Positions 26,959 to 33,238 of a stretch of DNA of 33,238 nucleotides are shown here, one piece after another. The translations under genes and the position numbers were made by a program. Numbering within the stretch: the stretch's first letter is position 1; each line of letters starts with the position of its first letter. The notes under the pieces are model-generated. The model searched no databases. It was not told where the DNA came from and saw nothing but the letters and a program-made list of their open reading frames with translations. Where the stretch lies: the NCBI GenBank assembly GCA_044869275.1, contig JBIOXB010000021.1, positions 1 through 33,238 on the forward strand. The letters run 5' to 3'. Source of the DNA: a bacterium. Lineage in GTDB: Bacteria; Zhuqueibacterota; Zhuqueibacteria; Zhuqueibacterales; Zhuqueibacteraceae.

Positions 26959-28116
26959 TCAAATTGACATTGGCAAACCAAACCTCGCTGAATCTTGCAA
27001 CAGTGAATTCGATTGCAGAAAGCGCCCACCTGCTTCTGCGATCGTGAGATATTGTATTTTACCCGCCAGTGCATATTTCTGCGTGACATGTTTCAGCGCG
27101 TCAATGACCTCTTCAATATGTCCGAATACCTCGCCGAAACGCGGATCCCCGCCTGATTCAAGATGAAAGCCCAGACTCACATACACATCTGATGATTGTT
27201 GTTCTGCGACGGCAACGGCGCGATCGATTTGCTCTTTCATGTAATCGGCGTTGACATAGTCAGCCAGTATCGCAGTGTCGGGAATTTCAAGCAGTTTTTG
27301 GAGGCGCTGCGGCTGCGCTCCGGCCACGTCGTTGGACCGCGCATGAATGTTTATCCCGTGCGGATATGCCGACAGAAAAAGTGTATTGGCCAGAAAGGAA
27401 TGCTCCGGCTGCTGATCTGCGCCCCAAAGTTTTGCGAGCCATTGCGCGAGCATGCCGTCTTTTTGCGAAAAAAACCCAGCGTCCACGGCCGAGGCCTCAA
27501 ATTGAAACGGCGGAATAACCATTTGCAGCGCCTCGAACACCGCGTCATTCGCCATCCAGCCGCCGCAGCGAAAGCTGATGCACTCCGCACGCGAAGGGAT
27601 GATGCCATTCGCGACAAAGAGCTCCCGCCCTGCTTCTACGAGTTGTGTGATTTCTTCCCGGCAGTATACGCCCAGCGGCACGCCGTGGCCATAGTCGATT
27701 CTTTGTTCGCCGGCGTCACTCCCATAAGGCACACTTAGGCCTTGGCGGTTGCCATTCTGCTCGCCCCATTCCGGAACGGAATCGTCTTTCACCGGATCTC
27801 TCGGCGATACGCCGCAGGCGTGTATCAAGCTCACCCAGCCGTGCAGGTGCAGCCCGATTTCACAGTTGCTGTTTTTGATCAGTTGGGAAATTCTGTAGGC
27901 GTAGTATTCCGCCAAGAGCTTACTGCGCGTAAAGTAAACCGGGCAAATGAAATGCGTGAGCGGAATGCGATTTTTGAAAATCTCATTGAAGTATTGAATC
28001 GCCTGTATGCCACGCGCAAAGCGCAAGTGAAGATCTCCCTCTGGGTTGTACGATCCATGTAAAGGATAGTCCAGTCCATCCCAATCGCAGGTCACGGTAA
28101 CGATGACTTGTCCCAT
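26959..28116 (-). CDS. Hypothetical protein, polysaccharide deacetylase/CE4-like barrel
   Basis: VTCDWDG, PLTHFI, EIGLHLH, SFRCGGW, LLEIP, LGFH match the order of NodB/CE4-like motifs. Confidence 0.6.
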   Translation of the reverse strand: MGQVIVTVTCDWDGLDYPLHGSYNPEGDLHLRFARGIQAIQYFNEIFKNRIPLTHFICPVYFTRSKLLAEYYAYRISQLIKNSNCEIGLHLHGWVSLIHACGVSPRDPVKDDSVPEWGEQNGNRQGLSVPYGSDAGEQRIDYGHGVPLGVYCREEITQLVEAGRELFVANGIIPSRAECISFRCGGWMANDAVFEALQMVIPPFQFEASAVDAGFFSQKDGMLAQWLAKLWGADQQPEHSFLANTLFLSAYPHGINIHARSNDVAGAQPQRLQKLLEIPDTAILADYVNADYMKEQIDRAVAVAEQQSSDVYVSLGFHLESGGDPRFGEVFGHIEEVIDALKHVTQKYALAGKIQYLTIAEAGGRFLQSNSLLQDSARFGLPMSI

Positions 28117-29535
28117 TCAGAACTCTTCCGACAATAAGTACGCCATGATGGCCATGGCCGCGGCGCCCAATTCGAGCTCGCGCGGGTTGACTTTGTCTAT
28201 GGTATCGTTGTCGGAATGATGATAATCGAAGTAACGATGTCCTTCCGGCACCAAGCCGAGGCCGGGGACGCCTTGCTGCACCAGTGGTGAAATATCCGCG
28301 CCGCTGCCGCCACGCCGGAGGCGTTCTGCGCCGATTCTTTCGAAGAACGGGCTCCATGCGGCGATCTTCTGAACAGTTGTGGAATCCGCTTCAATCGCAA
28401 AACCCCGCGGCGCGAAACCACCGCGATCGGATTCCATGGCGGCAATGTGTTTGATTTTCTTTTCTGCCGCCTCCCGCGCATATTCATTCCCGCCGCGCAA
28501 GCCGTTTTCTTCATTCATGAACATCACGGCGCGAATCGTGCGCTTAGGTTTGAGGCCGAGGACTTTGAGCAGGCGCACGGCTTCGATGGACTGCCCACAG
28601 CCCGCGCCGTCGTCATGCGCGCCACTGCCTTTGTCCCAACTGTCTAAATGTCCACCAATGACGATGATTTCCTCCGGTTTTTCGACGCCGAGCAATTCGC
28701 CCATTACGTTTGCCGAAGGCGCATCCGCCAAGGTTTCACAGGTCAGTCTTATTCGCACCAGCGTATTTTTTTCACGCGCAATTACTTGGCTCAAGAAATC
28801 CGCGTCGACCGTGCTGATCGCAGCTGCGGGAATTTGGGGTACGTTGGCATCATATCCCATGCCGCCGGTGTGCGGCACGTCATCCCAGGCCGTGCTCATG
28901 GAGCGCACCAAGGCCGCGACGCCGCCCACGCGCGCGGCTTCGATGGCGCCATTGCTGCGCTGATTTACCGCGCCGCCGTAACTGGAAAACGTATCCAGCG
29001 AGGAGGGATCAATCGGGCGATTGAAAAAAATGATCTTTCCGGCTGCTCTTTTACCGAGCGCTTGCAGACCGTCAAAATCTTTCACTTCGATCACTTCCGC
29101 GACGATCCCGGTTTCGGGCGTGGCGATGCTGCCGCCGAGCGCGCAAATCGTAAGTGAAGCAGTGCCCACGGCTGGAGAATTGATGATGGCCGCTTCTTCA
29201 ACCGGCCCGCGCACCCAGTGTGGCACCATAATCGGCTGTAATCTTACATTGTCGAAGTGTAAGCGTTCCATCAGTTGCCGCGTTAGCTCGACTGCTGCCG
29301 CGGCTTGTGGCGAGCCGCTGAGGCGCGGACCGAGGCCAGTAAGCTCGTGGAGCATTTGAAAAGCCTGCCCTTCGCGTAACGCATGCGTCACGATTTGTTC
29401 GGCGATTTTATGGTAGTCTTTGCCGTTGTTCGCCGGCGGCTGCGCTGGACAGGGCAGGCAGAGGCAAAGAATGAAAACCAATGCGAGTTGACGCACACCC
29501 TTCTCCCTTCTGGTTAATTTCGGGCATCGCTCCAT
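28117..29535 (-). CDS. M28 family metallopeptidase (carboxypeptidase Q-like), exported
   Basis: GPRLSGS, PHWVRG, PA domain, GGHLDSWD, GAHDDGAG, MNEENGLRG, MESDRG, YHHSDND. Confidence 0.92.
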   Translation of the reverse strand: MERCPKLTRREKGVRQLALVFILCLCLPCPAQPPANNGKDYHKIAEQIVTHALREGQAFQMLHELTGLGPRLSGSPQAAAAVELTRQLMERLHFDNVRLQPIMVPHWVRGPVEEAAIINSPAVGTASLTICALGGSIATPETGIVAEVIEVKDFDGLQALGKRAAGKIIFFNRPIDPSSLDTFSSYGGAVNQRSNGAIEAARVGGVAALVRSMSTAWDDVPHTGGMGYDANVPQIPAAAISTVDADFLSQVIAREKNTLVRIRLTCETLADAPSANVMGELLGVEKPEEIIVIGGHLDSWDKGSGAHDDGAGCGQSIEAVRLLKVLGLKPKRTIRAVMFMNEENGLRGGNEYAREAAEKKIKHIAAMESDRGGFAPRGFAIEADSTTVQKIAAWSPFFERIGAERLRRGGSGADISPLVQQGVPGLGLVPEGHRYFDYHHSDNDTIDKVNPRELELGAAAMAIMAYLLSEEF

Positions 29536-29567
29536 CTCATGTAGTACACTGTTACCATAGTTTTTTA

Positions 29568-29620
29568 GTCATGGTGAGCGGTGTCGAACCATGCCGCCCT
29601 TCGACTTCGCTCAGGGTGAC
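29568..29620. repeat. Solo REP-like palindrome
   Basis: GTCATGGTGAGCGGTGTCGAA-CCATGCCGCCC-TTCGACTTCGCTCAGGGTGAC; related to the hairpin inside the MITE copies. Confidence 0.75.
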
Positions 29621-29635
29621 CTTCAAAGATTAAGG

Positions 29636-30457
29636 TTACAGTGCAGTAGAAGGCTTGAAATCTTGGAAGGCCCGCAAGCCTTGATCGACGAACCTCTGCA
29701 CGGCCGCCACAAAGGGCTCGACCGCCTCAAAATGAATCCAATGCCCGGCGTGGGGAATCATCTCCAATTGGCTATGGGGAAAATGCTGCAGCAATAAATC
29801 CTGATCGTGATCGAGGCGATACTCGGAATTCGCGCCGCCCAGGAACAAGGTTTCGCCATCGTGGCGCGCAGGCAAGGGCGGATGGTATGCGGCGGCTTCT
29901 TGTTGATAAGCCTGCAGCACCGGCAGATTCACGCGCCAATGATAGGAACCATCTTCTCGCCTCACGAGATTGGTGAGCACGAATTGTCGCACCATGGGGA
30001 TGGCGATTTTTTTTGACAAAAGCTCGTCCGCCTGCTGTCGCGAAGTGATCCTCGGCAAATCCAACCCGGCCATGGCCGGCAAGATCTCCTCCGATGAGCT
30101 GCGATAGCCGCGCGGGGCAATGTCCTCGATGATCAAACCGTGCAATCTTTCCGGATAGTGCCACGCAAATTCCATTGCCGCCATGCCGCCCATGGAGTGG
30201 CCGAGTAAATAGGCTCGCGCGAGTTGCTGCTGATCGAAAAAGGCTTTCACATCTTCGCGCAAATCTTCGAGCGTGTGCGTGGGCGTGTGCGGCGACTGGC
30301 CGTGATTGCGCTGATCCACGACCAGCACGCGATGCTTTTCTCCAAGAACATTCGCCACGCGCTGCCAGTTTTGCGAGGAGCCCAGCAAGCCGTGGAGAAT
30401 AACGAGGGTTTTATCCCCATGGCCATATTCGCGAGCATGCAGACGCAGATTATGCAT
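29636..30457 (-). CDS. Alpha/beta fold hydrolase (YbfF/ABHD11-like esterase)
   Basis: ILHGLLGSSQNW, DQRNHGQS, GHSMGG, EDIAP, RQFVLTNL, AGHWIH. Start set at ATG 30457. Confidence 0.9.
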   Translation of the reverse strand: MHNLRLHAREYGHGDKTLVILHGLLGSSQNWQRVANVLGEKHRVLVVDQRNHGQSPHTPTHTLEDLREDVKAFFDQQQLARAYLLGHSMGGMAAMEFAWHYPERLHGLIIEDIAPRGYRSSSEEILPAMAGLDLPRITSRQQADELLSKKIAIPMVRQFVLTNLVRREDGSYHWRVNLPVLQAYQQEAAAYHPPLPARHDGETLFLGGANSEYRLDHDQDLLLQHFPHSQLEMIPHAGHWIHFEAVEPFVAAVQRFVDQGLRAFQDFKPSTAL

Positions 30458-30680
30458 TCGAGTCCGCCCCCGCTTTCCACAGCGGCCGTCCGGTTTGCTG
30501 GTCGAAGCCGGTGACAAAGATGTTTTTCGCACGTGCGGAGTTGTTCATGTCCGACCCGCGAAAGACCGGCCACGAACTTTTGTCAGCGGAAGTGGCTGTT
30601 GGCAAAGATTGGCTGCTGCTGGATTGCTGTAAAATCAGTAGTAGAATTGTGAACAAGGCCGCTGCTTGCTTGAGGTTCAT
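30450..30680 (-). pseudogene. Internally deleted PQQ-like beta-propeller (BamB-like) protein remnant
   Basis: Signal peptide, then WPVFRG (typical N-terminal motif), then one blade-like segment GFDQQTGRPLWK; only 76 aa. Confidence 0.6.
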
Positions 30681-30739
30681 GCATTCGCTCCGAGAAGTAC
30701 ATTGGCGTATTGCCGGTCATGAAGGGCTATGCCTTTTAT

Positions 30740-30763
30740 GACGCATTTTGCGGAGGAATGTTT
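30740..30763 (-). promoter_or_regulatory. Putative ECF sigma factor promoter
   Basis: Minus strand AAAC-N16-CGTC, about 60 bp upstream of ATG 30680. Confidence 0.5.
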
Positions 30764-30787
30764 AGCCTGGTCAATTCATAAAATCAA

Positions 30788-31053
30788 ACCGCGGAGCCGC
30801 TGAGATCGCAGAGAACATCAAGTTATCGAATGCGCCCAGGTTCGAGGTGAGAACAATGTGCTCTTGAATCTGGTCACCCTAATCTCAGTTCTTTCAGACT
30901 CTGTGATACAAACTTGTAGAACTTCGCTTTTTTAACAAAGTTTTTGGTTACGACTCTGCCGGCCTGTAGGTCTCTGCGAGTCTTTGCGAAGCTCTGCGTG
31001 AGTCCTTTTTTGGTTGCGGCTACGCCGCGCTGTGCTCTCGGCGACTCCGCGGT
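30788..31053. repeat. Non-coding element bounded by 24-bp imperfect inverted repeats
   Basis: ACCGCGGAGCCGCTGAGATCGCAG (30788-30811) and CTGTGCTCTCGGCGACTCCGCGGT (31030-31053), 20/24 complementary. Confidence 0.6.
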
Positions 31054-31095
31054 GGTGCATCATTCCGATTAGCACGATGAAGCCGTGTCCCAATC

Positions 31096-31977
31096 CTACG
31101 GTTTGTGAAAACTGGCGCCGATGAATTTCAACGCCTCCAGCAAGCCGCTGCGCCAATACGACCAGGCATGGGCGCCGTCGCGCACGCGATATTCATGCGG
31201 AATCTGTTTCTGGGTGAGCGCCACATGCAGCATGGCATTGCCAATGGTCAGATAGTCATCATCGCCGCAATCGAGAAAGAGTCTGACACTCTTGAGCTTT
31301 TCGATCTCTCCCGTTTCCACGAGGTGAATAGGATGGTACGACAAGAGGTGCTCCGTGAGCCGTGCCTCTCCGGATCCAGGTCCATAGACAGTGGCTGGCC
31401 ATCGGCTCCAGGCACGCTCGTCCATGGCCACCAATTGTTCTTCGGTATTGACGGCGGCGCTCAAGGCTGCAGCAGCGGCAAATTGATCCGAATGGCGAAT
31501 GGCGTACACCAGGGTTCCAAAGCCCCCCATCGAAAGACCGGCAACGCCCCGATAGTTCTTTTCTGAGCGAATGCGATAGTGAGATTCAATGTACGGCATA
31601 AACTCCTGAAAGAAGAAATCCTCGTAACGAACCGAACCGTTATAGTTGTTTATAAACCAGCTCGCGCCGGCATCGGGCATGGCAATAATCATGGGCGGGA
31701 TTTCCCGTTTGGCGATGCCTTCATCCGCAATGAGATTCGCCTCGCCAAACTGGATCCAGCCCATGTCGTTGTCGGTATAGCCATGCAGCAAATAGACCAC
31801 GGGGTAGAAACGGCTCGAAGTCTCGTAGTCAAATGGCAGGTAAATAGAGTAGCGCACTTTTGTGCCCAGTATTTTGCTGTCGAGGGTCAGCCCTTCTTTC
31901 ACCACGCCACGCGAGATTTGGGCATGAGAAGCTGCAGTCACTGCCAGAAGAAATGCCAACGCCGTGAACGGTTTCAT
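31096..31977 (-). CDS. Exported putative esterase (alpha/beta hydrolase, CE1-like)
   Basis: Signal peptide MKPFTALAFLLAVTAASHA, YSIYLP, YPVVYLLHG, GLSMGG, DCGDDD, GAHAWSYW. Confidence 0.9.
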   Translation of the reverse strand: MKPFTALAFLLAVTAASHAQISRGVVKEGLTLDSKILGTKVRYSIYLPFDYETSSRFYPVVYLLHGYTDNDMGWIQFGEANLIADEGIAKREIPPMIIAMPDAGASWFINNYNGSVRYEDFFFQEFMPYIESHYRIRSEKNYRGVAGLSMGGFGTLVYAIRHSDQFAAAAALSAAVNTEEQLVAMDERAWSRWPATVYGPGSGEARLTEHLLSYHPIHLVETGEIEKLKSVRLFLDCGDDDYLTIGNAMLHVALTQKQIPHEYRVRDGAHAWSYWRSGLLEALKFIGASFHKP

Positions 31978-32149
31978 TGCAATTTTCTTTCTCGCGTTTG
32001 GGCATTGAATAGCTTTACAGTTGTCAGAGGCTTGATGGTCATGAGGCATTTGATTTTGGTGTCTTCGGCTTTGGAGAGCAGCGATTGGGGTATTTTCAAT
32101 AGCGCTGCTTGCGCGCACATGGTCGCGCACGCGGAATGGGCAAGGAAAA

Positions 32150-32491
32150 TCATAACCCCATCAAAATTCGAAGCCGATCTTCAACCGCAGTCAGAGTAGC
32201 AGGAGATACTTTTCCCCATCGGCTTACGAGACGCTCCTTGGCGATTGAGCGAACGGCCTCGCATAAAATCATACTGGGATTTTTCAATCCACCTTCCGGA
32301 GGTTTCATGGGAACATGCGAAGGCACCCCACGATCGGTTGAAGTTATCGGCAAAATGATAATCAAGTCAGCCGGCCCTTTGTTAAAAATGTCTTCCGAGA
32401 TAACCAGAACGGGGCGCTGGCCAGCTTGTTCATGGCCTCTGGTGGGATTCAGATCTGCCGACCAAATTTCTCCTCGAGCCGGATCAGCCAC
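32150..32491 (-). CDS. PemK/MazF family toxin
   Basis: GTG start; RGEIWSADLNPTRGHEQAGQRPVLVIS, LPITS, SMILCEAVRSIAKERL. Confidence 0.93.
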   Translation of the reverse strand: MADPARGEIWSADLNPTRGHEQAGQRPVLVISEDIFNKGPADLIIILPITSTDRGVPSHVPMKPPEGGLKNPSMILCEAVRSIAKERLVSRWGKVSPATLTAVEDRLRILMGL

Positions 32492-32789
32492 GTTGCCTTC
32501 TCCTGCTCCGTGGATTTGTTTGCCCATTTTGGGTCGAGTCCTCAACCGATTGAAGTCCATCCTCGAGTGCGGTGTCCCACGCGGCGCGCTCTTTCTCGAT
32601 TTGCGACCAAGCCCTCGTCTCTTGGTGAAGTGCAGCATAGGCTTTGTTGACCTCTTCGAGAAAGAGTTGTCGCCGATATGACTCGACGGCCTTATCGAGA
32701 ATCGCCTGCATGGAAGCGCCTTCTTTAGCGGCAAGCGCTCGAAGAGTATTTCGGCTGGTGTCACTGATGCGGACGGTCATTGTGGTCAT
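32484..32789 (-). CDS. Ribbon-helix-helix antitoxin partner of the MazF-like toxin
   Basis: TVRISDTSRNTLRALAAKEGASMQAILDKAVESY, then acidic WDTALEDGL. AAGGAG Shine-Dalgarno; overlaps the toxin start. Confidence 0.85.
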   Translation of the reverse strand: MTTMTVRISDTSRNTLRALAAKEGASMQAILDKAVESYRRQLFLEEVNKAYAALHQETRAWSQIEKERAAWDTALEDGLQSVEDSTQNGQTNPRSRRRQRG

Positions 32790-32809
32790 ATTTGTTCTCC
32801 TTTTTGAAT

Positions 32810-32845
32810 ACAATTTAGTATACACAATTGTTTTCTGATTTTCAA
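32810..32845 (-). promoter_or_regulatory. Sigma70 promoter and palindromic operator of the TA operon
   Basis: Minus strand TTGAAA (32845-32840), N17, TATACT (32822-32817). Palindrome ACAATT-ta-GTATAC-ac-AATTGT (32810-32831) overlaps the -10. Confidence 0.75.
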
Positions 32846-32904
32846 TATTTTTCTTTTGGATGAATTATCCTTTTCGCTGCCGTCGCGATCAGCTTTTGAA
32901 AACA

Positions 32905-32942
32905 AAAAAAGGCGATCCCAAATCAACGAAATCGCCTTTTTT
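32905..32942. terminator. Possible bidirectional intrinsic terminator
   Basis: AAAAAAGGCGAT-N14-ATCGCCTTTTTT. Confidence 0.5.
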
Positions 32943-33114
32943 GCCAGGGCTCGTTTTGCGGTAATGTAAAACTTCTCGGTTTCGCGCTATGCCTCAATTT
33001 CCAAGAGGGCATGACACCGAGCTGTTGCAGCATGCCCAACCTCTCCCAGTGGTTCCAGGTTTCCACAATCTTGCCGCTACTGCTGCGATGAAGCCAGGTT
33101 CCCGTCACTTTCAC
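32923..33114 (-). pseudogene. C-terminal fragment of a SnoaL-like ester cyclase
   Basis: VTGTWLHR..SGKIVETWNHWERLGMLQQLG matches the ester cyclase C-terminus. The N-terminal two-thirds is absent. Confidence 0.65.
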
Positions 33115-33175
33115 CTTAGCTATCAGAGTGCGCAGGCCCTTGATTCTTTACCGAGCTTTCAACAGATGAAACGCT

Positions 33176-33238
33176 AGCGGGGTGCTGAAAAATTTTCTTG
33201 TCATGTCATTGCGATCCCGAAGCGCGCGGGGATGAAAT
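33176..33238. mobile_element. Possible left end of another MITE/REP composite, truncated by the window edge
   Basis: GGGTGCTGAAAAA (IS-TIR-like) followed by TGTCATTGCGA (start of a REP-like hairpin). The partner end is not visible. Confidence 0.3.

Noticed and set aside
32492..32764. 90-aa N-terminal extension of the MazF-like toxin
   Set aside because: It overlaps the antitoxin gene in another frame; the PemK fold begins at GTG 32491.

Overview
Bacterial chromosomal window, probably close to the replication origin and probably from an FCB-group lineage (KSB1-like; this is an inference from gene content). Core genes from 228 to 26828 are all on +: mnmE, mnmG, rsmG, murQ, mfd, a PpiC/SurA-DUF4159-DUF4175-TPR-GATase-like envelope cluster, pdxA, a methyltransferase, ftsEX, fumC and a YkgJ-family gene. 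Genes from 26959 onward are all on -: a deacetylase-like protein, an M28 peptidase, two alpha/beta hydrolases and a mazEF-like pair. The main signal is intergenic. (1) Three parS sites (TGTTTCACGTGAAAC[A/G]) lie in a 209-223 bp tandem duplication that also carries a 16-bp-TIR MITE with an internal REP-like hairpin; a third, decayed MITE copy is at 17.6 kb. (2) An unannotated small gene pair (10100-10717) resembles a stand-alone polymorphic toxin tip plus immunity protein. (3) Several junctions hold gene remnants, including a TGA-interrupted ORF missed by the ORF track. (4) Short-period (6-8 nt) tandem repeats and other inverted-repeat elements sit at gene junctions. (5) hicBA and mazEF-like toxin-antitoxin (TA) modules are present. 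A 99-bp perfect fold-back at the window start is probably an assembly or library artefact. No rRNA, tRNA, CRISPR array or intact transposase was seen. Family assignments come from motif recognition only; no searches were run.
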